Notes under the pieces: generated by a model | Database searches by the model: none | Told to the model about the DNA's origin: nothing | What the model saw: the letters and a program-made list of their open reading frames with translations, nothing else | Assembly: GCF_009834535.1 (NCBI RefSeq) | Contig: NC_045696.1 | Span: 36,396,001-36,460,000, forward strand | Direction: 5' to 3' | Length of the DNA: 64,000 nt | Source: Camelus ferus | Lineage: Eukaryota | Position numbers and translations under genes: made by a program | Part shown: in pieces, positions 11,711 to 24,280 of the stretch | Layout of the letters: the number at the start of each line of letters is the position of its first letter | Numbering within the stretch: position 1 is the first letter of the stretch

Positions 11711-13334
11711 GATTCTGAGGTAGACATTTGAATACCAGTTTATCAGCTTGCAAAATAATTAAGTGACATGTGGACCAAAACCCTTAAAGTCTGTGTTACT
11801 AAATCATTTTCATAATATATCCAAGCTATGGAAGTATTGTTTTGTAGATCAAAAAAATTTAAATATTACCACATTCATAATGTTTAACTTAATACATGGA
11901 AAGACAACAATAATCAATAACCACTTTATTGATTAATTTTGAGCTTACTCTCACACGGATAGAAATACTTGAGGTTCAGATAATTAGAAAATTCTGCAAT
12001 ATAGCCTGACCAGCTTTAGAGTCAGAAATTTACTTGTTGAGGAAGGAATCAGAATAAGAGGGCTTAGAAGAATCAGGCTAATGACATCAGAATAAGATAG
12101 ACTGAAATATCTGTGTACCTACCTGGAGATTCAAAATCTGTTGCTTATAATCTCCATGTGCCCCCTCCGCCCAACCTTACCAGTAGAACTAGGGCTCCCT
12201 GAAATCTGTTGAAGTGCTGAAGCCTCCCTTTTATTGCATATTGCCCGTGTTAGGTTCTGCCAAGATTGAGAGTCCTGTGCCTTTCCTTTATCCTTATTTC
12301 CCATCTGCACCCAAATTCCTTTCTCTAGAGCATTGGCTCATTTGAGTGACTTTGCATATTTGTATCCTTATCCAGGTTATAGTTAACCCTCTAAAGCCTT
12401 TTCATTTTGCTGATTTCCTGGTTTTTGAAAGGGGGGAACAATTAACAATAACCCCAAAGGATTAATGACACACTTTGCCCCTTTAGTGTACCATAAGGTC
12501 CTGTTAGGCTAGAAGAAGCTGCTTTTTCTCAAAATCCCGGACTGAGAATAAACTGAAGTTACCTGCGAAGCCACCAGAATACCCAGGCACCTCTACAAAG
12601 TTGTTACTAGCAACTTTGCTGTCCAAGAAAAGAAGCACCAAATACACACGCAAATCAGCTTTGTAATTCACAGATGGGCGTTATTAACAATGTGCACCAT
12701 CTGGCAGCTTCCTTTTTTTGACTAATTTGTCTTGCTAACTAGGCTCAGTTATGGTTTATGCGGCTGAGGAAGTGCATGTGCTGTCAACATGTATATATAA
12801 CAAATTTTAAGATTGCACAACCTTAAAAATCATTATTTTAAAAGTTTTCTAAGTTTTGACTATTCGGCCCTACATGTTGCTTTGCTTTTATGTATATATA
12901 TCCTCAGTTTTTACATATCCTATATTGACAGGAAACTTCTAAGAGATTTTCCCTTTGATTAGTATGGAGAAATATCTACTGGGCACTGAAATGGTAAGCA
13001 CTGGAAAGTTACAAGAGCCTCAAATTCTGAAAATCCAGCAAAATTATTATACCAGTTATTGCCTGTTTTAAAGTTTCAAACGCCTCATCTAATATGAATT
13101 CTGTAGACTCTTAAAGTGGTCTGTATATCTAACATTATTCTATGGTGCTTCTATTCTGAAGATAGCTGTCATTAATCATCCCTTTCTTCCTGCTCAATAT
13201 CCTCTTTATTTTAACTAGGAAAGAGCAAATTATATCATTCCCTGGTATACAGTCGTTATGGAATTGATTAAATGCCGTTTCAGTAACTTTCTCATTATAG
13301 CTAGACCTTGCACTCTTCATGAGAGAATATCTTG

Positions 13335-13860
13335 CCTATTAGTAGATAGTCAGATCTTTTTAAATTATAAGGGACTGAAACCCAACTCAAACCAGCCCAA
13401 GCAAATCAATGGATATTATTGATTCACCCCCTGGTAGAGAAATGAAAAGGAAATAGTAGAAGGTATGACCAGATCTAGGATACAAATGATACCTTCAGAT
13501 TTTTTTCTCTCTACTGCTCAGCTCTTCCTCTTTTTGTATGCTAGCCTAAATCTCTCTTACTGCTTTCCAGGTTTCTTCTGCTGGCACCCTGAGTCCTGTA
13601 GGATACCAGCCTATCATCTTCAAAGAAAAGAGAGCTAACTCTTTTCTCCCATTGTCCATATTGCAATCCCAGGAAGGGGCTCTGTTGGGTCTTGCTTAGT
13701 CACTTACCCGCCAGGGAACGAATCATCTGGAGGCCAAATGGTATGGTGTGCTCCCGTGACCTATCCTAGGCATACTTTTGGTTAAGGGATGGAGAGTTAG
13801 GCAGTATTTGTCAACAGAAAAGGAGGAAGGGATGCTTGCATACTAACAAACACAGTAACT
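13335..13860 (-). mobile_element. Old MaLR LTR (MLT1 family)
   Basis: 'tattagtagatagtcagatc...gggactgaaacccaactcaaaccagc' and 'cccaggaaggggctctgttgggtcttgcttagtcact' are antisense MLT1 hallmarks. Confidence 0.55.
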
Positions 13861-15865
13861 ACCATGGTTTACTACACTAAGAATAAAGGCACTTACAGTA
13901 TTACATTTAATTTTTCCTTATGGAAGCCAAACATCCTGGATTTTCTGGAACAATACTGATTTCAAATATCCTATTTCACTAAGTAACCCTGTGTTCAAAG
14001 ATCTGGATTAGAAAATTACCTGATTCTACTCTAGGGCATACATACGGTGATTGGCTCTCACAAAAGAACATTTTGACAGTCTAGGTATTTTTTTAAGGCT
14101 TTAATTAAAATGTGCTAGTGTATAAATTCAAGGGGGACATGATCAATAATAGGTGGTAAAGGATATAGCAAAATGCTTTCATAAAAGAAAAGACAGTTTG
14201 AGCTTTTGGGTAAGGCTCCAGACCTTGCCAGCAAATATCTCTTGCCACATGTAAACTTGTATAACTCTCAACATTGACATTTAAGCTCCTGTTTTCCTGG
14301 CAGTTTTCACAAGCTCATTAATTATGCTTTGAAATTTTACTTTACAAACTATTCCTTTTTAATGAGAGAGCTCATTATTTTTCATTGGAAGTACTTCACA
14401 TTTGTAGGAGGTAGGCAGACTTTAAGTGGCAGCACAAGGCTCCATCATGCTTTTCTGTTCCTATTGGCCCCACTCCGCTGTCCTTCCCCTTCTCTGCCAA
14501 AATAAACACTTTGCCCCACTAGGCATACATTTTCAACCCTTGGAACTTGAAGTAGCCATCAGGAGTCTACAAATTAATCTGTTCTGCCTTTGCTAACAGA
14601 TGCTACACTGGCGCTGGGCACATAGGCTGAACTCAGGGGATTTGCAACATTAAGAGTAAGTGCGAAAACTATAAGCATTCAAAAGGCACTCATTTTATTT
14701 AATTCATCAGACCATGGCATTTTGTTAAAAAATGGAAGCACAAACCCCTTCCTCATTACCTCTCTCAAGTAATTTATCCTTTATTGAAATACAGTGCTCT
14801 TTTTAATAAGCCCCTAAATGAGCACAACAACCAGATGTGACCAGAAAAATTTCAAGAGGCCATAAAAACTAATTGTCATAAAATGCCACCCAGAGCTTCT
14901 GGACCCAAGAGACTTTTGTTAAGGTCACTGCCCACCGTATTGCTACAATGTGTGCATCGTGTGACGAGTGGGAGAACCAGCAGTGGGATGAGAGTAAGAT
15001 GCGGAGGATTGTGTGCCTTTCAGTCCAAGTTACTCAAGAGGCATAGCTGTTTAAAACTGACAACGTGTTTTGGAAAGTGAATTTAAAGCACGAGAATACT
15101 TTTGCCATCTTAATGCCATAAAAGGGGAAAGTACACCACAGGCTTTTAGAAGTCATGAGAGAGTTGGGGCATGCAGTGCTCTGATTTAAAATCCTTTTAA
15201 AGACTGCCCATTTTTTCTTACTCTTTTTCATTTCCTGACGATAGAACAGAAAGCACTCCATGGTATGCAAGTGACACATCATTTTATGCATCCAAGTGCT
15301 TTATTCGCTTAACCATTTTTTCCAGCAATTTAAATAAATCACAGAGATGGAATTAGATTTTCCTGAAGAGCTAGAGAAAGGCAGTGAGAGGCTGAGTCAC
15401 AGTTAATTTCTACTGAGCTGATAGGAATTTTACTCCCTCCATTTAGGTGATACTCATGTAGTTTGGAGAGTAATGTCTGGCATCTTATCAGCCTACTATA
15501 AAGGCTGCTTAAGCTCCTGACTAATGAGTCTCCGAAATGTTTTTAATGAATGATAGGGGGAGGAGTATGAAATGCCCTCATGTTTATTCATTTCCTCGTT
15601 GTAATGCTGGCAGATAGACGGGCTAAAAGATTGAGCACTTAAATAATTAACTCATTTAAAATATGAATTATAGGCATGATTTGCCTGACATGCTACTTGT
15701 GAAGTGGAACATACACTAAAACCTCTCCACACAGCAGCAGAGGTAGGGAGCAGAGCAAGTTACTTTAGGTCTGGTTAATCTGGGAAGGGACATTTAGAAA
15801 AAGGATGGGACATTAATGGGAAAGGAGAAGCAGAAGATCAGACACTCAATTTCCTTCCTCCAGAA

Positions 15866-16186
15866 CAGAGACTGGCAATATTTTTCGGTAAAGGGCCAAG
15901 TAGTAAATATCTTAGGCTATGCGAGCCATATGGTCTCATCTCCTCAACTTTGCTGGTGTGGCACCAAAAGCAGCCATAGACGTTAAGTAAATGAATGGAC
16001 GTGGTTGTGCTACACTGAAGCTTAATTTATTGGTATTAAAATTTGAATTTCATGTAATTCTGAAGTGCAATAAGATATTATCCTTCTTTTGATTTTTGCA
16101 ACCACTAAAAATGTAGAGAACATTCTTAGCTCACAAGCAGGACAAAAACAGTCAGTGAACCCATGGATGGTAGTCTGTGATCCCAC
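15866..16186 (+). mobile_element. hAT-Charlie MITE, MER58B-like
   Basis: 'ggcaatatttttcggtaaagggccaagtagtaaatatcttaggctatgcgagccatatggtctc...gcagccatagac...aaatgaatggacgtggttgtg'; flanked by similar 8-mers ctccagaa and ctctagac. Confidence 0.8.
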
Positions 16187-16569
16187 TCTAGACAGCTGAA
16201 TATAAGTTTTTCCATTTAATTATGGAATGACTGTGTTCAGGGCTTGAGGTAGGAGAGAAAGTTATAAAATTGTGGAATGTTAGACTGAAATGGCCTTTAG
16301 AGACTGTCCAGTCCAGCTCTCTCATTTTAACAATCATCCCTAGCATCTCTAGTTTACTACCAAGTGTGGTAGGACATGTACGTAATAGTACAGTACAAAG
16401 AGTGACATATCCTTGATAATTTCACTTGGTTTAGGATCTGCTTCTTGGCTTTGCAAGTCTAATAACACTTACCAGTGCTTTAGATTTTATTAGACTAGAT
16501 GAGACCAGCTCATGGTAACTCAGGATGTTAACCTTTTTAAAGCCCTTTTTACCTCTGCAATCTTATGAA

Positions 16570-16840
16570 GTTCAAGGATCTCTTTTCAGAATAATTTTTT
16601 AAAAGCATAAAATAAAATATACTTGCCAGTGATTGTCTATAATGAAAAATACATTAAAATATCATAATAAAATTATAACTAATTTGTGCTATGGTTATAT
16701 ATGCTTTTGTTAACTCAATAAATAAGATCTAGTGAAGTAGTGATAAACATAAATTATATTTTATAAATAATACTTCATGTCACAATTTGATATGAAAAGG
16801 TGATTTGTTTTGGAAATAAAGCCTTAGGTACTGTTAAAGC
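16570..16840. mobile_element. hAT-Charlie internal fragment (Charlie7-like)
   Basis: AT-rich 'gcataaaataaaatat...aatttgtgctatggttatatatgctt...aagatctagtgaagtagtgat' resembles recalled Charlie internal sequence. Confidence 0.45.
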
Positions 16841-17312
16841 CTCATATAATACTGAGGTATATAAGCCAGAATACAAATGTAGTAATATTCAAAGAAGAAT
16901 ATAAATATTAAGTAGACCCAAGTCTTCAAGTTTTTTTGTTGTTCTTTCTATGGGCCAAATACATACAAAATTAAAGCACAGGGAGTCTGCTTTATGAGCA
17001 GCTAACTAGAGCAAAGATGGCTGTGATTAAAATAACCTGCTACCTCCATCTCCAGAAGTGGAGATATGTAGAGACAAGAAGGTCTTTTTGGGTTTTCTGG
17101 GTGTCCCTTCACCTGGGCAATACTTAGATGGATGCTGCCAGCATTCACCATGATGGCAGCTTTCTGTTTCCTTTTAAAGCAACTACTCTGAATAACACAC
17201 TCTTTATGTAATGGGGTTTCCTCTGATTCATCTACATCTACACCAACCCTCCCAACAATTTCTGGAATCCTGCAGTAGATTTCTTACAGATGTTTCCAAA
17301 TAAGTACCCTCC

Positions 17313-17777
17313 TGTGTTATATTGCAAAAATGGCCGTAAGTATCCACACACACCTTCCTTTCTATACCCTATTAGTGCCTGCCTGTTTCCACCCTTCACT
17401 CCAGTTCTCAGCTTGACAGTGTGATTTGCTTTGACGAATGGGGCACAAGCAAAATGATACAAGCAGGACCTTGAAAAGCACTCGCACTTGGGAGTTTGCT
17501 ACCATGTTCTTTTTGAAAGCTGGAAAACCCCACATTAGAAAGTCTGGGCTTGCCTGCTGGGTAATGAAAGACACGTGGCCCATGACAGTGAGACCACCAT
17601 GCACCTCCTGTCCAAACCACACATGAGTGAGCCAAAGGGATATGAGTTGAGTCTGTCCCAAATTAGCATAACCTCCCCTGCTGACACAGAGATTCCAGAG
17701 TAATCATATATGTTTATTGTTTTAAGCCTCTATTTTGTATGATGGTTTGTTCTGCAGCAAAAGCTAACCACTTAACA
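17313..17777 (+). mobile_element. MaLR solo LTR, MLT1H-like
   Basis: TG start 'tgtgttatattgcaaaaatggcc'; 'gtgtgatttgctttgacgaatgg'; end 'ttattgttttaagcc...ggtttgttctgcagcaaaagctaaccacttaaca'. Confidence 0.8.
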
Positions 17778-17838
17778 ATACTGTTCCCTTTACCCTCCTA
17801 CTTCATCCCTTTCTAGTGATATTGTCCTCAAAGTTTGT

Positions 17839-17907
17839 GGAATATACAGGAAGGAAGCCTCTGTTCTTTGCTAAACATGGTCTTGTTGATCAGTGATGCC
17901 CAGCCCT
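17839..17907 (+). repeat. 69-bp direct copy of 18774-18842
   Basis: 60/69 identities without gaps, counted by hand. Confidence 0.9.
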
Positions 17908-18295
17908 GCTGTGAGGTGAAGGTATTCTGCTGGAGTACATTTCTTCCTAACCTTTGCCAAGTGTCTCTCAGTGTTACATTCTCTCATTGAGATCCTAGAG
18001 AAGTTGTTTCAATCATCCCAAGTCTAACACAAATATTGATTGCAAATAACCTACTGGTTTGATTCCAAACCATTTATCTTCTGTTATGAGGAAAGAATGG
18101 CACAGTATAATAATCTCCCTCTTTAGAGGCATTTTAGTGTAGAAAAGTGTATCACAGAGAGAAGGCAAAGCTTTACACAAAGGAATAAACTGCTCGTGAT
18201 AGAACTTGAGAAGTCAGTTGAGATATTTGTGGGCCAAGTGGGTTTCCTAATATACCTTAAAATTAAATAAATGTACTTGTTGATCTTACATCATA

Positions 18296-18450
18296 GGACA
18301 GCCAGTGCCAGGATAGGGTGAAGCCAGCAAAATACCTAGGACACAAAATTTAAGAAAGCGTCTACTCTCAAGACTGTGCCAGTGTGGACAGTGAATGCCT
18401 TATTAAATTTTGTGCTCCAGGCACCTTGATCTCTGTAGCATTATGCAGGC
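18296..18450. mobile_element. Palindromic hAT-Tip100 MITE, MER96-like
   Basis: Arms 'cctaggacacaaaatttaagaaagcgtctact' and 'agtgaatgccttattaaattttgtgctccagg' are imperfect reverse complements. Confidence 0.6.
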
Positions 18451-18479
18451 CATAGTACTTACTGATATTTTCTGTGACT

Positions 18480-19045
18480 GGGGAAGGACACTGATGGCTG
18501 CAACTTCAACAGCCATTTCTCTCCTTTTGGTCGTGCTGATACATACCAAGTTTTGTTCTGGTGCCTCCACAGAGCTCTGTGTTCACAAATGGGTCCCTGC
18601 CCTCCCCTAGGGGCTGAGTCATGTTTCTGAGGCAGGATAAGTCTAGGACAAGCGTGGTGCCCACACCTCTTGCTGATGATTGGTTCCCATGAGCATGTGA
18701 TCCAATCCTGGTGAGTGGGACCTGGAGGAACTCTGCTGGGGCGCTCCTGGAAAGATCTTCTCCCTCATCAAAAGGAATACACAGGAAGTAAGCCTCTGTT
18801 CTTTACTAAACATAATCTTGCTGGTAAATGATGCCCAGCCCTACAACCATGAGGGGTGGATTGTGGACATGCTAGAGACGGCAGTTAGACCAATGTCAAA
18901 TGCCTGGGTCTTTAATGACAAGGCTGACCCACTGAATTGACTGCAACTGAAGTCTACCTCTGGACTTTGAAAATAAGAGATAAAATTTTCAGCCACTTTT
19001 GGTCAAGTTTCTGTTAATTGAAGCAGAAAGTGTATTTGATGCAAC
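18480..19045 (+). mobile_element. Old MaLR LTR (MLT1K/L-like)
   Basis: 'gattggttcccatgagcatgtgatccaatcctgg', 'gcctgggtctttaatgaca', 'ctacctctggactt', 'ttcagccacttttggtcaagtttctgttaattgaagc'. Confidence 0.65.
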
Positions 19046-20619
19046 CAAAAACTCTGAATTTGCAGGGAGAGTTTTACCTGTGGGGGAGACTGCTGCTTCC
19101 TTAATTCTTTAATTAAATAGCATACGAAATATCTCTTTCATTTCAAGCATGGTTAAAGAAACAACAAACAACTTATGAGACTTGAGATCTTATGAATCTA
19201 CGTAATTTAATTTGTGGAGTGAACTGCATAACCACAGGCTTGATATTAATGCAGAAAGGAACCTGCAACCTTTTGTTATAGAGACAGTATCAGGACACCG
19301 GGACAAGAAACACAGGTGCTAATAAGCAGAGTACTTCTGTGTGGAAACAAGAGGAGCAACATAGAGAATTGGTGGAGAAAAAGGAGCCTCACTTATATTT
19401 AATCTACTGAGCTACACATCAGCAATGATTTAGAAAAGCTTACTAAGTACCGATTTGATGGCCACTTAGCTATAGAAATAAGTCAAGAATAGACAAGTTC
19501 TGCTCATGGAGATTTTATTTTAGAAAGAAATCAGAGATAGAGAAGAAAACAGTGATACTGTTTTACCATCTGGGTTTCTCTTGATGTCTCTACCAGATCT
19601 CTCCACTAGGGGTATGAAATCAGAGAGGAGGTACTAAGGGGACAGAAGGGAAGCTAGAGAACTCAATGAGGGGAATAAAATTCTAGAAAATGCAAAAGCA
19701 GAAGAACAAAAATGAAATGCACTATGAAGAAGAGATGAGAGAGAATTAAAAAGATGGGGCAGGAAGGGAAAGAATGTCTATTGTCTGCCTACCACATGCC
19801 AGACCCTTTAACATGTTCCTCATTGAACTTTTACAACAATCTTGAAAAGAAAGTATTTTAACCTCCATTTTACAGATAAGGAAACTAAGGTTCAATAATG
19901 ATTGAGTTGGTAGTCAAATCCAGGTCCACTGTATTACATTGCCACACATAAAAAGCCTTTGAGTTTACAAAGTGGGCTGCAAAGTCTGTAAGATGGGAGG
20001 AGAAAAATAAAATCTGTTATGAAATAAAACCTATTATCTAGGCTCCTTCATGTGAGTGAAATGCAAAACCAAATGAGCTGACTGGTCTGGGGTAGTGAAA
20101 CAGGCAGAGGTGGGAGGAGGAAAGGTGGGTTTCTGGGAGATGCAAATTAGACATGAATGTCATCTTGAGTAGTTCAGTTCCATTGGGAGGGATTCTGCTA
20201 TGCGACAGCGAGATGGTAAAATAGGAGACACTCCAAGATGTGCTGAGATTAAGGGCATGGTAGGCCACCCCATTGACTCACCACCTGAAGATGTCCCACA
20301 TGGTCAGTGGAAACACAGAGACAGAAGTAATTGTCTGGATGTGGGAGTGGGCCTGTGAGGCACTACAGTTTTATCTGAAACCCAATTCTGTTGTCTTCTC
20401 TTGGTCCCTGTCGGAGAGTCCAGCTTTCTATCTAAGGTGGCAGAGGCTTCTTAGGAGGGAACACATCAGGTGCAAAGGGGATATGCTTCTGCTTGGACTC
20501 TTGGGGTTAACTCTTCAAAGGGCAGGTAACCAGGAAGAGTTGCCACAAGCTACCAGAACAGGAGGAAGATGGCCATTAAAAAAAACCCCCAGAACATCAT
20601 TCTCATATAATCTCCATCT

Positions 20620-21525
20620 GCCAAGCCATTCATCTTGAAGTTTCACAGGCACCTTACTTTCCACAAGTTCCCAATTGATTTCATTTTCTTTCCTCTTACC
20701 CTGCTTTTTCTTGTCTTCATAATCATAGGTAATCACATCAAGGCATGCATGCCAAAAACCATGACACCATCCTGGACTCTTCCTTCTCCTCAGACACATC
20801 ACAGGTCCCTCCAGGCTCATCTCTTCAGTCATTCGTTCATCTGTTAACTCCTTTTACGCACACTGCCATTGTCCTGCATCAGATCCTCACCATATTTCAT
20901 CTGGATGCTTCTAGTTCGTTCTATTCTTCTCATTCAGTCCCTTTTAAGTTCTTCCCCCCACACTGCCCAGAGTGAACTTTCTACTACACATTCTTGCTGT
21001 GATTAGCTCCTTGTGACCTACAGAATCAAGCGCAGGCTCTTCAGCTACTCAGCATAGTACGTGAATCCAATATCTGGCCATACTTACTTGTTAATCCTTA
21101 TCTTTTCCTATGCTCCACTTTGAACTTTATTGTTTTAACAATACCTAGTAGCTTGTGGTTCTCAGAACACACCATACTGGCTAATGCTTAAGATCTTTGT
21201 TTGTACCTGGATGTCTTTCTCATCATTTAGCACCTTGCTAATTTAGTCATCCTCTCTGGTACATTAGTCATCTTCTTCAGGAATCCTGAACCAAAGATGA
21301 AGCTAAGTTCTGCCCACTCCTCCTTCACATCTGTGCTCCAAAGACAGCCCTCATTACACCTCTAATTTAACTTACTGGAATGATCTGTTTATATGTTTGC
21401 TTTCCTCGGAAGATTATGGAATTCTAGATGCTAGGGCTTGGGACTAGCTTAGTTTTGTATCCTCAGGTGCCTAAAATAACTGGCACACAGTAGGCAGATA
21501 GTAAGTGTTTATTAAACTAAATGAA
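20620..21525 (+). mobile_element. Decayed L2 LINE
   Basis: Pyrimidine-rich L2 body ending in the canonical 'tggcacacagtaggcagatagtaagtgtttattaaactaaatgaa'. Confidence 0.65.
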
Positions 21526-22469
21526 AATTCTCTTACGCTGACCAAAATTCACTCTTTGCTTTCACCATACACACAATACACACATGTGCACACACTCCAT
21601 AAACATACTTTGAACAAGAAGGATACTCCTAGGCTAGTGGCCTGGGTAGTATTTGTCCAGTTAATAATCCTAGACTTCTTACTGTTTTAAAAAGAGCAGA
21701 CAGAAGTATTCTTTTTTTTTTTTTTTTATAAATACCTGTCTTAAATTATGCACACAAGATTTTGGGGACTAATATCTAAATCATTACAAGAGCGTATGCT
21801 GTAGTTATATCTTTGCTAAATTATCATCTGCAAATTGAACTCAATCATGAACCTCTAGGGAACATCATTTTGATGTCACTCTATCTCCTTGTTTTTTTGT
21901 TTTTGTTTTTGTTTTTTTCACTTGTTCACCACAAAAAGCTAGTTTGAGCCTTACCACACTGCAGGCTAAGTATTAAGTCTGTGGGCTAGGCTGAAGGTCC
22001 ATAACAATCGGGGAAAATATTTTTTTAAACTTTCAGTGGGCTAATTTGCATCACTTAGGCCTGTTGATAAGGAACAAGAGCCCTTGGGACTGAGCTGTAA
22101 GAGCTTACAAAGTGGATGACTTACAGCCATCATGCTTTCTTTGATATCAAGGATAGTTGAAAAATTGATGTTTTTCTCTTGCGAAAATAGACTTTTTGCA
22201 AACTATGTTACTGGAGGAAATGAATTTTGTACAGTTTATGCGGCAGGCATAGATATAAGGTGTTTTTTCCATTTTATTTAGAAAGATTGTCTTTTTTGCT
22301 GATCTACATGCACACTTTTGATTGGTTTCTTAATAGGTGTGAAATTATAACAAATAATGATTATGCATCCAGAGTAGTGAGTGCCCTGAGAATATGTGGA
22401 CCCAACAAATGTTCGTTGTTGACAGTGCAATATTTTTATCTCTCTCATTACAGTGAGTGGAAAGGCAAT

Positions 22470-22630
22470 GGAGATGGAAGACCTCATTTCTAGCCCTGAC
22501 TCTGTAGCTAAGAAACTTTGTACTCTTAGAAAAGCCAGCTGTATTCTCTGGGCCTCAATTTTCTCATCTGTAAAATGCAAGGATTGAACTTTATGGCCTC
22601 AAAACTCTCTCTCTATTTATAAAATTTTAT
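22470..22630 (+). mobile_element. MIR SINE
   Basis: Core 'ctctgggcctcaattttctcatctgtaaaatg'. Confidence 0.7.
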
Positions 22631-23399
22631 ACTTGGTACTAAAATATTAAAAGCTTTAATGCTTGGATAATGGATTTTTGATCACTTTACCTCTTTCTTT
22701 TCTACTTTTCTGTCTTTTCTAAATTTTCTCAGTATTTTTTATTGGCTTGTTCTAGAAATAAAATAATATATGGAATTGCTTTGCTTCTATGAAAAAATTT
22801 AAATAACATTATTTAGAAATCCATTATACATGCCATGGTAGCAATAAGTGAATTATCTCACTTGATTATCACATCTACTTTAGAGTTAGAGATTATTATC
22901 CCCACTTACGAGGATAAGGAATTTAAGGCACAGAGATGAAATAGCTTTCTCTGTGCAACTAGTTAAATTACAGAGTCAGGATACTAAGCTCTACATAAAA
23001 ATTCCTAGTAGACCCCACTGCTTCGTTTAAAACATTTTAAGGAGATGACAATTCCTTATGCATATTTTAAAATAAAATACACAAGGAACTGGGGAATAAA
23101 AAGGGCTGGTCTAAGGAAGTCAGCTTGGCTATTAAGGAGAAGGCAAAAATGGCTTTGATTAAAACAGTTCAGGGTATTTTCTGCTTTCCAGTGGTTGAAT
23201 TTTTAAAAATTACCAATGTCATAGCTGGCTGAAAGCACATTCGCCACCTGTTGTTAAAGTCTCCATCTTCTGGCTGTCCTTTTTGAGTCGAGTAGTGTAT
23301 GCAGGTCTCATCCTTGGTGACGTATGCTGTGCTTTCTATGAGCCACTGATCTGCCATCAATCCCGCTTCTCTACTAGCTGTTACTCAGCATCAGTGACA

Positions 23400-24180
23400 G
23401 ATTTCAAGCACAACTCTACAGACTTGGCCTACTACCAATTCACGCTGTCTGACTTTAATTGCTTCTTAATCCTTTCATTAATCTCTTGTTGATCCTCTAA
23501 CACAGTCTGTACAAGAGCTATTCCAAGCCTTCACTTCTCTTCCAATTCAGGGTCCAGTCCTTCCCTCTCGTTTTGAAGTGGACAACTTCCCTTCTTTACC
23601 AAGAATTTAAGAGACAGTTTTGTGTGAGCTTTTTAAAATCTCCTTTCCCTTTTACATGTTCTTTATCACTCTCTCTCTTTTTAAGAGTCTGAGAGTAAAA
23701 AGTGCCTTTCTTTAGGACCAGCGCTTCCACTTGAGCCCCGCTATCGTGCCCTAATAACCTCTCCCTCAAGCATCGTTAGTGTTTTGCTCTCATCCTTACT
23801 TTACCATGTTGAAATATACATTCCTTAACCCTGCATTCTGCATCACCCAGTTTGTTAGACATCTCTTCTGTCTTTAACTTCTAAAAGTGCTCTATTTAGC
23901 TATATTCATTATGTCCAGATTTGCACTATTCATCCCCATACCAGTTCCTTACAGTACTGGTTTTGAAGTTCCATAGTCTAGTGTAGCAACTCTCTCAAAA
24001 GTCCCCAGTGACCATTTTCCATTTTCTTATGAAATATAATGACCTTTCATACTTCCTCTTCTTGACATCTCTTAAGCATTTGACTTGGTTTTCAATTCTC
24101 TTTTTTATGAGTTTTTCCCTCATTTCTGAAACTTTTTCATTCCATCGAAAAATAATTTTTATTCCTCCTCAGTGTTTTAA
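23400..24180 (+). mobile_element. Highly decayed L2 fragment
   Basis: 'ctctctcaaaagtccccagtgacc...ttcctcttcttgacatctcttaagcatttgac' resembles the L2 ORF2 region. Confidence 0.5.
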
Positions 24181-24280
24181 NNNNNNNNNNNNNNNNNNNN
24201 NNNNNNNNNNNNNNNNNNNNNNNNNNNNNNNNNNNNNNNNNNNNNNNNNNNNNNNNNNNNNNNNNNNNNNNNNNNNNNNN
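24181..24280. other. Assembly gap (100 N)
   Basis: Run of exactly 100 n. Confidence 1.
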
